A DNA stretch of 64,000 nt from the human T2T-CHM13v2.0 reference genome, Homo sapiens: the NCBI RefSeq assembly GCF_009914755.1, contig NC_060945.1, one strand, 5' to 3'. Shown here one piece after another: positions 1 to 29,213 of this stretch (the first letter of the stretch is position 1; each line of letters starts with the position of its first letter). A program made the position numbers and the translations under genes. The notes beneath the pieces are model-generated. The model was not told the DNA's origin, searched no databases, and was given only the letters and a program-made list of their open reading frames with translations.

Positions 1-632
1 CTGGTCTTGAACTCCTAGGCTCAAGCCAGCCACCCACCCTAGCCTCCCAAAGTGCTGGGATTACAGGCGTGAGCCACTGCAGCCAGCCTGGTTTCTACAC
101 TTTTAAATGGTTAGGGGAAACACTTAGCCTCCCAAAGTGTTAGAATTACAGGCGTGAGCCACTGCGCCCAGCCTCTCTACATGTCTAAAGGTCACATATA
201 AGGCCAGGCACAGGGGCTCGAACCTGTAATCCCAGCACTTTGGGAAGACTAGGAGGGAGGCTCGCTTGAGACCAGGAGTTCAAAACCAGCCTGAGCGGCA
301 TAGTGAGACCTTGTCTCTACAAAAAAATTTTTAAAAATTAATTAGCTGGGCACAGTCCCAGCTACTCGGGAAGCTCAGGTGGGAGGATGGCTTGAGCCTG
401 GGAGTTCAAGGCTGCAGTGAGCTATGGTTGAACCACTGCACTCTGGACTAGGGGACAGAATGAGACCCTGTCTCAAAATAAATAAGATTAAAGTGTCATA
501 TGCTTATTACTGAAAGTAGAAATATAAATAAAGGAAAGATCACTCCTTCACCTCTCGCCCGTGGGTTCATTCCTGTGAAGCACAGCGTTTCTGTTGAGAA
601 ATGCTGCCGGGTCTGCCCTCCGTGTCTTTCAA

Positions 633-13673
<13,041 letters not shown>

Positions 13674-16600
13674 GGGCCCCGCCGCTCGCCCGTGACACGC
13701 AGCGCGTTGGTGTCTCCGTGTTTGTCCCTGTGAAAACATGTAACGTCTGCCTTAGAGCCATGACCGAAACTTGATATTTTTTTCTTTCATGAGTGTCCGG
13801 CATCTGCTGGTCTTCATTGTGAAACGTGCCAGTCGTGCTTTGTGAAAAATAACAAAGTGGTCACAGAAATTTGTGATCTGAAAACCCGGCTCCCTTCCCC
13901 ACAAGGCTCCTGGGCCTCCGGGAAGACGGGCCCCTGTTTGCCATCTCGGGGGTGTTCCCTGTGGGAGGGTGAGTGGGTGAGGCCGAGCCTGCTGCGTGTG
14001 GAGCCTCGAGTGGGCCCTGGCTGCCACTACCGCACAGAGGCCGTGTCGCGCTGGGCTGGGCTTGGGTGGCCTCTGTCTTTGCATCTCTGAGAAGGAGTCG
14101 GGTGGTAACGGTTGGGGTCAGGAAGAATTCTGCCAAGTATCTTTACTGTCATTCTGACCATAGCCTCTTTGTTCCCGCATTCGAACTTTTGGTTCTTACT
14201 TTGCTGCTCGTTTAGTCCCTGGGGATTTCAGATCTTAGGCTGTTGTTTCACCGTATGGGAGGGTTGATGTGAGCTTGCTTGGAGACACACGGTGCAGCAT
14301 CAGGGACCTTCCCAGGCCCCAGCAAATTCAAGTCGGTCTGCAGACCTCTCAGCTACCCGCGGGACCTCTTGTAACCCATCGGCATCTTCCAGGAATCCGC
14401 CGAGTGACTTGAGGAAGATGCTAACGCAGTAAGGTCTGTGCTGGGCCAAGAGCAGCTTTGAAGCTCCAGAGAACCACCCCGTCAGGTTCCTTGTGGAAGC
14501 TCCCCTCATCCGTGGTGCAGCAGGCTGAGCACTGCGCGTTTGCCACGTGCTGCCCGTGACAGCACATTGAGCCACAGCATTTGTAGACAGGACAGAGGGG
14601 TGCCTGCCCCCTGCCCCTGCTGGCACATTTAACCCTTGTCCCCTGACCTCAGTTCTGTGCCCCACCAAATGCCCAGGGGCAAGAGGCCACCCTGGAAGCT
14701 GCCAATCTTCCAAGGTGGGTGTGGGGCACGGTGGGGGCGGGCAGCTCCCAGGCCCTTGGGCAGGCTGGGGTGACGGCAGAGGCCACAGCACCAGCTCTGA
14801 CAAGTCCTATCATCCTCTGCTCAGCAGTGACCTCCCTGGCCCCACTTTGCCCAGAGTTTGGGGTCCCCCCAGGTATAGCTATAGGCGGCAGTGCCTGTCC
14901 CTGGCCTGCCTTGATTTCAGCCACACCCCTGCAGCCCTGCATCCCAGCTCTGGGGTGTGCAGAGGTTTGTGTCTCCAGGGAACCCACGGCTGGAGAGAAA
15001 TAGGGAGATGCAGGAAGTGGGGGCCCATGGGGCCCCCAAGAAGCGGACTCTCCAAGGGGTACCCCCACCCCGCTACCTTCCCCACGGACGGGCCCCTCCT
15101 GGAGCCCATACCCTCCTGTGAGGCCATTCCAGTGTCTTCTAGAAAGACTCGCTTGCCAGGAGTGCGTTCTTTGTTGAAAAATGCCCTGAAGCGAAAAGAT
15201 GCAGGTTTATATGGAACCCCCACCCCCTCCCCCACTCTCCCACTCTGTTCGTTCTGAATGTCTTCACGAGCGTGCATCAGGGCGCCTGGCTCCCCCACCT
15301 CAGCCAGTGAGTCAGACACGGGTTTCGCAGCCATGTTTCCTGGCTCCGAGGACACGGGTGGCAGGCCCGTTGCAGCCCAGAGCCACTGGTCCCTACAGGG
15401 CGCCGCCACACCAGCAGGAAGGAGGATGGCTGTGTCCGGAGCCTGGCGGGGAGGCGGCCTCCCCAGTATGTGAGTGCAGGGATCTGCCAGAACCACCTGG
15501 CCCTCTGTAGGGCGTTTAACTGGAAATACCCTCACTGCCAAGTGGAGACTGGGGCGTGTGCCACATTGCCAGCCACCAGGAAAGCTTTTCTTTTTCTTTT
15601 TTTTTTTTTTTTAAACACCAAGAGCACGTATAGCATGGGGGAAAGAACCTAAATGTCTCTCTGTCCTGTGAGCTGGTGAAAAACCCAGCATGAGAACGCA
15701 GTGTCAGGTGTGGGACTCCTTCTGCCCCTGCAGTGGGTGTTACGGGCGGTGTGCCCTGGCGAGCAAGCTTTGATTCTTGGTTCTTTGAGCTCGTTTCAGA
15801 GGCTGAGTCCCCACATCAGCTTTAGTTCTTGGACTTCCCTGTATTAAGCAAGAATTAGGAGAATGGCTGTCCCTGCAGGCGCCTCCCGTAAATCCTGAGC
15901 TCTCTGGCGCAATCTGAAACTTCTCTTCTGTTTTCTTTGGCTGTATCAGCCGAACCAGGAGAGGCCTGGGCTGCGACTAAGGAGAAAGAAATCGGGGGTT
16001 TCTGAGAGCAGATGGTGCCTTTGTGGGTGCAGGGCTTTTGTGGAAATTGTCAGCCTCTACGGGCAGAGTCCGGCATCCCCTCCCCAGACTGCCTGCTGTC
16101 AAACCACGGAGCAGCTGGAGCCTGCCCTGTCCACGGCCCGTTTCCACCCGGGCATGTTCGTCTCTCATGACTTCGGCAGAGGCCCCTGGTGGCCTTCAGT
16201 TTCAGTTTCTCATCCAGGAAGGTAACCTTGGGCATTGGCAGTGGGTTTCCCTATGGCTTGGATCCAGATTAGAATTGATCTTTGTTTTCACTTTCCATAG
16301 TTAATAACATGCAAAATAATGAGAAGAATTTATTTTAAGGTGACAGCTATACTGGTCCAACATCGCCTGCTTATTGTCAGGGTACAGAAGTTTAATACTT
16401 TCTTAATCCAGTTTTTCAAACTTCTCCCTGTAGACCGTAAGGATGAATTCCACAATAGGATCCTTTTTAAAATCGATTTTAAATTGTTGCCTAGTCCTGC
16501 CAAGGTTATTATGTGCATCTGTTATTTTTCCAATACATGTAAACAGTTGCAGCATGATGCTTTGTTTAATGTCCTGTTCTTAAGCTCGTTAGAGCCAGTT

Positions 16601-17774
16601 TTGAAACGTTTGGTCTTACCGTGAACGGAGGCTGGCTTGGCTTAGCCACGCTGATGAGTAAGTGAGGGATGTCTCCATCTTGAGATCACCAGGCAAGAGA
16701 GTTGCCTGCACCAGGTAAGAGGCCAAAGCCCCTGGGGTAACAGTCCCCACCGCTACCCGAGGTAAAACAATAAAAGCTATGTGGTTGAGCTCAGGCCTCT
16801 CGTGCCTGGTGTCAGAGAAGGCAGAGCCCACAGTAGGTGCAGGGTGCAAGGCCCTGGGAGGGCACTGGCCAGGGAAGGTGGTATAGATGGCCCTCAGATT
16901 GCGGGGCCCCGAGCAGCTCCCCACTCTGCCCGTCCACCTTCCCTGGCTCCAGCCTCATTCTCTCTTTAGTTTAACTATGCAAAGAGAGGAGGTTGAGAGT
17001 GTTCTGGCAGCTGGAGCTCTTTTCCTTGTCCTTCCTGCCCTCCGATGGGGCCACCTGTGTCGGGGCAGCAGTGTCCATGTTTATGGAGATCAGAGGTGTC
17101 CCCACTGTGTGGCTGGACTGTACTCTGCTGCCCGGGTAGCCAGGAGTCTCTCCCTCTCTCCCCTGCCGCCTGCCTGGTCTCATGGGCCTCCTTCACACAC
17201 CCCTCCCTGTGGATCGCCTGCCTGGGCCCAGAGCAGGGGAACTGGAGTTTGTGAGTGAGCAGAGCAGGTTATGTGCAGACAGGGAAACGAGAACTTTGGA
17301 CCTGGCTTTCTGAGTCCAGGTGAGAGCTGTGTGGCCCCCCGATGCCACTCTGCCCGCCGGAGGGATGTGCCTGCTGAGCCTTTTCCTTCCACGCCGCCTC
17401 TCACTGCCAGGCCAGCGGCTTCCGCTGAGACTCGCTGGAGAGGCGGCTCCCGTGTCCGTCCACCGAGCACTCAGATGGATGCTGATCACCAGGGCCGAGG
17501 GGGCTCCCAGAAGGACCCCAGGCCCTGGGGAGGGTGGCTGTGGGAGGCCAAGTCCACTGCCCGGAAGTCTTGTCAGCCCTAAGCCAGGGAAGCCTGGAGC
17601 GTGGCCTGGCGGGTCTGGGTGGACACCGTCCCCACTCCGGACTCCCAGCACAGGGGAGGAGACCTGAGCCTGTATGGCCCTGTAGCCCTGGGCAGAGCTG
17701 GGCCTGTCGTGTGTTCCTGCCTGGCAGGTGCAGGTGCTGGCCATCTGCAGGTGGAAGGAGGTGGGAATCTTGGA

Positions 17775-18085
17775 TTTTTTGGTTTTTTTTGTCTTTTTTT
17801 TTTTGAGATGAAGTCTCGCTCTGACACCCAGGCTGGCGTGCAGTGGTGTGATCTCGGCTCACTGCAAACTCCGCTTCCTGGGTTCAAGTGGTTCTCCTGC
17901 CCCAGCCTCCCAAGTAGCTGGGATTACAGGCATGCGCCACCACGCTCAGCTGATTTTTGTATTTTTAGTAGAGATGGGGTTTCACCATGTTGGCCAAGCT
18001 GGTCTCAAACTCCTGACCTCAAGTGATCTGCCCGCCTCGGCCTCCCAGAGTGCTGGGATTACAGGCGTGAGCCAGTGCACCCGGC
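17775..18085 (-). mobile_element. AluS-type element, antisense, inside the PDXK 3'UTR
   Basis: Poly-T followed by the reverse-complement Alu body. Confidence 0.9.
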
Positions 18086-19889
18086 GGAATCTTGGAATTT
18101 TTATAGACAGCACCTCAGTTTCTGACTCCAGCCGCACACCTCCTGCCTCTACCAGCAGGGGTTGCCGCCAGACCAGAGCCAGGGCCAGGTCCCTGCGTCC
18201 ATCCCCCCCGGTAGGATGGACGTGAGCCATCCTTCTAGGGGACTTTTTTCAGTGTGCGACTCGTCTCTGTTAGGTGGTAGGAGCCAGTTTGTGTGGCCTG
18301 TGCCACGCTCCACAGTGCGTGGCTGGGCTCTGTGTGTGGCCTGTGTCCCCTGTCCCTGCAGGACCCAGCAGGCATCGTGGCGTGACAGCTGTGTCCAAGC
18401 CACTGCCCGGGCATCCCATCACCCACCAGGGTGCACGGTCTCTCCTGCTGGGGGCTTTCTGTCGCATGTGTGTCTCCTGTCGACTCTGCAGTTTGTTCTC
18501 AGAGCAGAATGTTTCCTGTTCTCAGTGCACAAAGACACTGGTTTTCAATCGGCGTCTAAAACCACGTTCCTGCCTTTCATTGCAACACGGTGTGTTCATT
18601 TGTTTAAAACAGTTTAATGAGTAAGTTTAGATGACTGGTCAATATCTTAAAAATGTATATTAGTAAGAAGTTCTTCCTGGAATTTTTCTTTCGATTCTGG
18701 CAGAATAAACAGGTGTTTTTAGTTTTCCCACTGTCTGAGCCAAGCAGGACCCTGTCCCAGAGCAAGAGATGTCCCCTTCCATCTCTGACCCTTGCCTGGG
18801 ACAAGCTTTGATGGGGGGCCCCAGCTTCAAGGCTGTGGTGGGAACAGCACCCCCAAATGCCAGCCTCTCCTTTCTTCCCATCCACCAGTATACTGCGGGG
18901 CCATTTCTGGTCTTTGTCCAACAGGAAACCCATTTCTGGTGGGATATGCCTTCCAGTGCCACAGGGCCACTCACCCCATGCATCTCTGTCCTGCCCGTCA
19001 GTGCTGGGACGGACAGCAAGGGCAAGCCCAGTGTCTGGCGGATAGGTGGGTGGGAACAGAGAGGGGAGAATGCCGTCCTAAGCTTCTGCTTGGGGATCCC
19101 CCACACGACCTGGGTACTGCCTGGGAAACCTGTCCTAAGTAAAACTATGGACCTCGCCTCGCCCACCGGCCTGCAAAGCCAGCATCTCCGTGAAGGTGGA
19201 TGGAAGCGCCTTTGTCCTCATTTTGAGCTGCAAGCTGGGTCAGCGGCTCTGAAGCCCTCGAGTGACTTTCTAACCCAAGACCCAGCCCCTGGCAGGAGGA
19301 GGGGTGGGTGCAGGGCTGGTGGGACAAAAAGAGGCCTCAGCAGGCCTGGAAGACCCTTCCAGTACATCCCACAGCGTGTCGAGCAGCTGGGAGAACCTGT
19401 GTCAAGCTCGAGCCGTCATAGGTCCCCATGAGGTGTCTGAAGCCCCTTCTTGGTGATGGGAGGCAGAGGTGCTGACGTTCTGGAGCATGGACGTGAGTCC
19501 TCAGCTGGCTCCGCGTGGGCCCTTGGAGGGTGCCAGGTGTGTGGTGACCTTCTGGATGCCTTTAACTTCATGGCTGCGTCATTCCTGATTTAGAACTTTA
19601 ACCGGAGCTTCATCTAGTGATTGCAAAACTGGACCAATGGGAGGACGGCGGCGCAGCCCGCTCCCTCCGTGGAATGGAGCTCAGCTCTTCGGAGGCATCA
19701 AAGCACCTGTCGCCTCCGTGGTCCCCCTGCCGAGGGAGTGCGGCCTCTGCAAGGTTCGGGGGTGGCTTCGTTTGCCTGGAGTGGCCGGCCCTGCTTGTGC
19801 CATGTGGATGTTTGTGAGCCTCGGTCCTACAGCACTGTGTAGGCTGCATCTGTTTCGTGCTGGTCCTGTTGACTTGTATGATATCCACA

Positions 19890-19895
19890 AATAAA
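19890..19895 (+). terminator. PDXK: PDXK distal polyadenylation signal AATAAA
   Basis: cacaAATAAAtatttt with upstream TGTA and downstream gtcgtgttg. Confidence 0.7.
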
Positions 19896-20664
19896 TATTT
19901 TCATGGCGGTCGTGTTGAGGCATGATGGTTCCTTCCCATCCCAGGAGCTCCCTACCTGTGATTGGCTGAACACCCAGTACCCTGCCAGCCACGCTAGGGA
20001 TTGCTGCTGGAAATGGTGGCAGCTGACTCCCTAAAAACCTCCCCTTTGGAGGAAAGAGCATGCCTTGCCCCTGCCTGCCGGGCCCAGGCCCCCTCCCATC
20101 CTGCACTCTGTTTTCTGCCTTGGGGGCTGGCCTGGGTGCCCCGGCATGGGCTTCCTGCAGGACTTCCCAGGGCAGAGCCCTCAGGGATAGGAGGCCTCCC
20201 TGTGCAATTCTGAGGCCCAGCTCTGGGTGTTGGCCAAGGGTGTCTGCTCCTCCTGGGATCCACCTGGCTCCTTCACACCTGGGTGGTGACGTTGTAGTGC
20301 CTCTGGCTGGGCAGATCTCGTGTTCCCTGACTCATGTGCACCTGTGCGATAAACCCACAGACCATCTCCAGCAATGCCAGGCTGGTTGCTGTGTGCCAAG
20401 AACAAGGAGAAGGCGGAACCAGGGGCTGCAGAACCAGCCCCTCCCCAATGAGGACCCCCTCTGGACGCCCCTCCCCATGGAGAACACCAGGAGCCACAGA
20501 CCCCAGACCACAGAGCACACAGGGGAGGGCACGGGGCGGCCGGGGCAGGGTGTCTGCTGCCTCGTTTATGGGATTTGCTCCGCGTCTAGCACACTGCTGC
20601 CTGCAGTGCTCCTGTCCCCTGCAGTGGCTACTCTGGGCCTACGGGCCTAATCCTGGTTGGCATG

Positions 20665-21110
20665 AAAATGTCCTGAGGCTACTGTGACAAATTTCCACAA
20701 GCTGAGTGGCTTAAAGGAACACATTTGTTCTCTTACAGTTGCAGGGGCCAGAAGAGTCTAAAAACAGTCAGCAGGGCTGGTTCCTCCTGGAGGCTTAGAG
20801 GGGCTGAATCCGTTTCCTGCCTTTTTTAGTATCTGGAGGGCGCCTGCATCCCCTTGCTTATGGCCCCTTCCATCACCAAAGCCAGTAGTGTCACATCTTT
20901 CCACCTCTCCCTGACCCTGACCTCCGCCCTTTCTCTTAGAAGGACCCTGTGTGACTTTGGACCTACCTAGATAATTTAGGGTCATCTCTCATTTCAGGAA
21001 CCTGAATTTAATCCCACCTGCAAGTCCCTTTTGCCAGGTAAGGTCACAAATTCACAGGGTCTGAGGATGAAGATGTGGACCTCTTTGAGGGCCATGATTC
21101 AGCCCACCAC
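20665..21110 (-). mobile_element. MLT1-type MaLR LTR
   Basis: GGCTACTGTGACAAATTTCCACAAGCTGAGTGGCTTAAA...CTGCAAGTCCCTTTTGCCAGGTAAGGTCACA...ATTCAGCCCACCAC pattern. Confidence 0.7.
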
Positions 21111-21276
21111 GTCTGGTGACGAGGGATGGAGTGTGTTCTGCAGCAGTGGGGGCCTATGCAGACCTATCCCGAAGTTCAAGGAAGCAGAGAGGCCGAAGAA
21201 AGAAGCTGCCCTTGGCCAGGTGCAGTGGCTCAGCCCTGTAATCCGAGCACTTTGGGAGGCTGAGGCAGGTGGATCA

Positions 21277-21607
<331 letters not shown>

Positions 21608-23174
21608 TCACCCACAAGCCTAGGGCTTATGTACCGTAGGGGAGGGGTGCGTGTGGTTCAGAAGGGATGTGCTGGACAGTTGAAGCAGACAGCATCCCAG
21701 TCATTTGCCCTAAGGGCAGGATTTAGGGTAAGTACCTGCCTTTACACAAGGAACAATAGATGAGCTGAAAATCTGAGAGGCCTTCCTAGAACTGGGGTTC
21801 ATCAGACAACAACAGGGTGGGTTAGCCTCCAAGCTGGAACTGCTGTGGCGTGTCCAGGGGTGGGGCATGTGCTGGCTTGGTCATCTCCCCCTCCGAGGGT
21901 CTGAGCCAAATATCCAGCAGCAAACATGCTCGGCCCTGAAGCCTCAGCCATTGTGAGGACTCTGGCTGGGCCTTCTTCCCCCGATGGGTGGGAAAGGCCG
22001 GCCTCAAGTCCAGGACCTGCCCTTGAGGCCATGCTGGCTTAGGGCTTCAAATCTGGGTTCCTAGGAAAGGGGCTGGGCTCCAGTGGCGTGGGGGTGGGGA
22101 CGGCAGATGGAGGGAGGCTGGGAAGGGAGAGAAGGAACCTCATGGGCAGTTAGGCTCCCGGGGCTTCTCTGGGGACACCACCAGCAGAGTGTGGTTGTTG
22201 ACACCTCCCTGGGGCTCGGGGTCTTCCTTTGGCCCCAGTGAACACCTGTCACACACTCGCTGGGATGGACTGACCTTCAGGGTTTGCTGCCACCCGTGTC
22301 CTCCACCCTGGTAGGGCCTTTCCAAGACACTTGTGGGGACAGGCCGGGCCTGGCCAGCATCCGGTAGGCTGCACTTTCCGGAGGCCTCTGGGATTACAGG
22401 CCACCTCACCCCAGCTGGAATTCTGCCTAAATTACTGCATTGAGGAGATTCCCTCACAAGGTGCGGACTCAGGCTGGCCCTGAAACAGCCGTCACCTCCA
22501 CGAGGCCGGCCCAGGCCCCTGCGCACTGCCCTGCTCATGCCCCCATCCATGCCAGCTCCCACCAAGCCCGTGCCCCTGCCAAAGAGCTGGGGGAAGGGAT
22601 GGGAGACAGACTTCTCTTTCCTTATTTCTATTTTTTTTTTTTTTTCCAGACAGGTTCTCACTCTGTCACCCAGGCTGGAGTGCAGTGGTGTGATCTCAAC
22701 TCACAGCAACTTCTGTCCAAGCAATTGGCCTCAAGCCATCCTCCCGCCTCAGGCTCCCGAGTAGCTGGACCACAGGCACACCACCACGTCCAGCTCATTA
22801 AACAATTTTTTTGTAGAGATGAGGTCTTGCCATGTTGCCCAGGCTGGTCTCGAACTCCTGGGCTCAAGTGATCCTTCCTCCTCGGCCTCACAAAGTGCCG
22901 GAATTACAGGCGTGAGCCACCACTCCTGGCTCTTATTTCTGTTTTTTCTGGTAACAGCTTTATTGAGTTACAATTCATTCCATATGACTCAGCCATTTGA
23001 AGGGTACAGTTCAGGCTGTGATTATAAAGGCAGCACTGTTGAGGACACTGAGCCTGGACAGGTGTCCCCCCCAAATTCAATGATGTCCTGCAAAAAGGTC
23101 CACCCTAAGCCTGGACAGGTGTCCCCCCAAATTCATTGATGTCCTGCAAAAACTCACGTCCACCCTGCACTTCA

Positions 23175-23884
<710 letters not shown>

Positions 23885-23920
23885 TTACATAAAATGCAGT
23901 CGCCCCAGGTGAGGACCCTA

Positions 23921-25345
<1,425 letters not shown>

Positions 25346-27365
25346 TACCCTTCCTGGAGGCGGGACACGGCGGCTGATCCCTCCCTGAGTGGGAGTTGCG
25401 AGTCCTTTGCCTTCTTCCCCCGTCTCCGGCTTGTAGCCACAAAATGTGCTGCCCTGGGCCCTGCCTCAGGTTTCCCTACGGAAACGGCACAGGCCACGCT
25501 GCCTCCCCTGCTGGCACCCTAGTCTCTGATGGAGACCGTGGCCTCTCCACCCAGAAAGTGGGCCAGGCCTCACCATCCCTGAGCTCTGTCTGCCTACGTC
25601 TCTGGCTGCCACTGACCCCACCAGCATCTTGGCCTCTCGACACACCCCCTCCGCCCTGACTCTGTGTCATACCCAGGCCTCACGACACACTCCTGGGCAA
25701 GGCTGCGTCGGCAGCGCCCTGGCCAGGGCTGTGGTCGGGCCATGGAGGGGGCCCCCTGGCTGAGACCACACCCTGTACCCCCAAAAGAGGTCATCCTGCC
25801 CGTGCCAGAAACCCCGTCAAGGACATGTGCACCCCTGGAGTGTGGGCGCAGAGGCCGGCCACATTTAGCCAGTTGTACATTCATTCAGGCTGCAATTCTT
25901 TCTTATCCCTGGGCTCAGGGCCGCACCCAGACACACGAGGCCGGGCAGGCATGACTCAGCAGCCCTTAGGATCTGCGTCCTGTGATTTTCTCAAGGAGCA
26001 CAAAGGTGAGCGTAGCCATGGGGGAGAATAGGGAAGGAAGAAGGGCCAACAGTGGCCGAGTCAGCTCTGCTTAGTCTGAACTGCCCCTCCCATTGCTCCC
26101 AGGCCGGGCAGCAGCCTCTTGAGCAGCCCCGAGCCCCGCTCTTGTCCTTCCAGCCGGCTCTCAGGGGCTCACCCCCTCCCCACCCCCACAGTCAGCCTTG
26201 CGGTCAGCTTTCTCTAAAGGCAGCTCCGCACACGTAGCTCTCCCTGCCCCACGTTGTCCACAGCGCTCCCTGCCCCCAGATCCCAGTGTCCCCACCACAG
26301 CTCCGCACCGCTCCTTGATCTGGGCCTGCATTAGCATCCCCGGGTTATGTGGCTACCCGTGCTGCAAAGGAGCCTGGGAAGTGTGTCTTTTCCATCTGTG
26401 CGAAATTCTATAGTTTTTCTCGCCCTTAAGGGAGGTGGGGAGAAGGATCTGGGCAGGGAAGGCCCGGCCCATCCCTGGCCACCTATGACACTGTAAGCCT
26501 CTTAGAGAGCGGCCATGCCTGCCTCGCTCTGCAAGCAGACCTGCAGGGTGCCTGGCACGAGGACATTCAGATGTGGGAAGGAGGGAGGAGGGAGAGACGA
26601 CCTGGAAAGGAATGAGTGTGAGCTCAGTCGATGGTCAGGGACTGTGCCCAACCAGGGCCTGGCTGTGCCGTGGGGAGCTCTCGGAGCTCTGAGCATCCAA
26701 ATGTTGGAGTCCTGACCCTGCCTTTTGTGGGATAGAAAATGGGAATTAACACCGCTTCTGGGCAGCTCAATTAGGAAATCTTAGACGCTCTACCTGGTAG
26801 TGGAATGATTAGATTACTCAAGCCTACAATTTTATCTTTTGCACAATTTGCATCCAATTATGTTATTCTGTCTCTAATCTAGTGGGAATCTAATCTCATC
26901 TCCATCAGTTGGCCCTGCTTCATAACGCACGTTTCCTGACAGCAGTTAGAGGAGAGACTGAGTAAGGCTGTGGTGGCATCTCCCAGCTCCTTTGGGCTGG
27001 TAAGGATACTGTTGGCTTTGCCTGGCTCCCCCCACCCAGACCCTGTCTACACAGACAGAACCTCAGCTAACACAGAGCCTGGCTGCTCTGTTCTGCCAGA
27101 TCGGGAACACATGGCCAGCAAAACCTGCAGGCACAGGGCGCGGCGGCTCACGTCTGTAAGCCTACCACATTTTGGGGCTGAGGTGGGTGGATCACTTGAG
27201 CTCAGGAGTTCAAGACCAGCCTAGGAAACATGGCGAAACCCCGTTGCTACAAAAAACACAAATAATTAGCAGAACAAGGTGGCATGCATCTGTAGTTCCA
27301 GCTGCTCAGGAGGCTGAGGCAGGAGGATCACCTGAGCTAGGGGAGGTCGAGACTGCAGTGAGCTA

Positions 27366-27605
<240 letters not shown>

Positions 27606-29213
27606 TCAGGAGGCTGAGGCAGGAGAATCACTTCAACCCGGGAGGTGGAGGTTGCAGTGAGCCAAGATAGCACCATTGCACTCCAGCCCAGGTGACAAGA
27701 GTGAAATTCCATCTCAAAAACAAACAAACAAAAAAACAAACAAAAAAAACCCTACCAGCTTTGGGAAAAGTGATGCTCGCTGAGAATTCGGGGTGGAGGG
27801 TAGGAGACCCAACCAAGATGACACTGTCACTCGAGAGTGAGTGACAGCTGGCTGGGGACCCGCAGCTGCCTGCTCAGCCCAGGGAGCATGCCTGCCTCAG
27901 GAGCTTCAGAGTGAGGGTCTGCGCTCTCAGCGTGGGGCGGTTCCTTGCCTAGCATCTGTTGAGTGCATTTCCATCAGCCAGGGCCCCAGTGGAAACAGGC
28001 AGCACTCACAGGAGCAACTCAAGCAGCGTTTGGTGTCCAGCGTGTGGAAGCGGTGTTCCCTTTCAGGACGGGGCCCGCGTTACAAACGGGGAGCTCAGGC
28101 CAGGCCGTCCTGGGCTCCTGCACGTTCTGGACTTTGCGCACCCACCCCTCCACCTTCCCGTCCTACCTGTGACTTGAGCAGGCGCCCAGGCTGTAGGGCG
28201 GACTGCAGGAGAGGGGCTGCCCCTGGAGGGGGTTGTAGGCCTCTGCTGCCCTGGCTCCCCTTGCCGTTTTCATTTATTTATTTATTATTATTATTATCTT
28301 CAAGACAGGATCTCTCTCTGTCACCCAGGCCAGAGTTCAGTGGTGTGATGATGGCTCACTGCAGCCTCGACCTCCCGGCTCAAATGATATGATCCTCCCA
28401 CCTCAGCCTACCAAGTAGCTGGGACTACAAGTGTGTGTCGCCAAACCTGGCTAATTTTTTATTTTTTGTAGAGATAGGGGTCTCACTCTGTTGCCTAGGC
28501 TGGTCTCAAACTCCTGAGCTCAAGTGATCCTCCCACCTCGGCCTCCCAAAGCTCAAGCCATTTTTAACATTGCCGAGGCAGTTTTGGGGAAACATGCCTG
28601 AACGAACCATGAGTAAGACCTCCACGTTTTCTTTCTGGCTCTCAGGGGTCTGGAGGGGAAGTGGCTCATGGCAGGTCCCAGCACGTAGGCCTCTGTTTTC
28701 TGGTTCATGTTCCAGGATGGGGAAGGACCTAAGCCATCAGTGTCCTGGAGATCCAGCGTCTTAATTCATTCAGGGTAGCCCGTCCCGCCCTCCAGACTGC
28801 TGGGCACACCAGGGGCTCTGCTCCTGCTCTGTCCCAGGACTCAGGGCCCCTCCAGGGCAGCTGCCGTGATGTCGTGGCTATGAGGCATTCAGCCGCCTCC
28901 CAGAATGCGCCATGCTCTTGCCCAACCTGGACTCCCCACTCTCTGCTGCTGGCGCCAGGACGGTCTCACCCACCTCAGCCTCTAGCTCCTCCTCCTCAAG
29001 CCTCAGGTCTGAACTTGGCCATGGCCTCTGCCCAGAAGCCTTCTGCACCTCTGTCAGATCCCCGTTTACCCCCAGCAGGACCCTCCCTTAGGGCACTTGG
29101 TACAATTTCACATCCGTGACAGTGACAGTCACCGCCCCCATGCTGTGAGCCCCACGGGAGTCCGAGCTGACTTCATTCTTCCCCTACTACGTGCCTCATC
29201 CACTTTGAGCTCC

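Larger units (their letters stand above)
13674..19915 (+). other. PDXK: PDXK long 3'UTR (~6.2 kb)
   Basis: Runs from the stop codon to AATAAA at 19890-19895, which is followed by GT-rich sequence. Consistent with the recalled ~7 kb PDXK mRNA; the exact cleavage site is inferred. Confidence 0.7.

Noticed and set aside
18769-19431. 220-aa ATG ORF in the PDXK 3'UTR
   Set aside because: GC-rich sequence where such ORFs arise by chance, with no recognisable domain. It may correspond to old C21orf predictions since merged into PDXK, but I cannot verify that.
23050-23166. 57-bp two-copy duplication (also a 21-bp duplication at ~29612-29657)
   Set aside because: Ordinary slippage duplications in or near old LTR sequence, with no functional cue.
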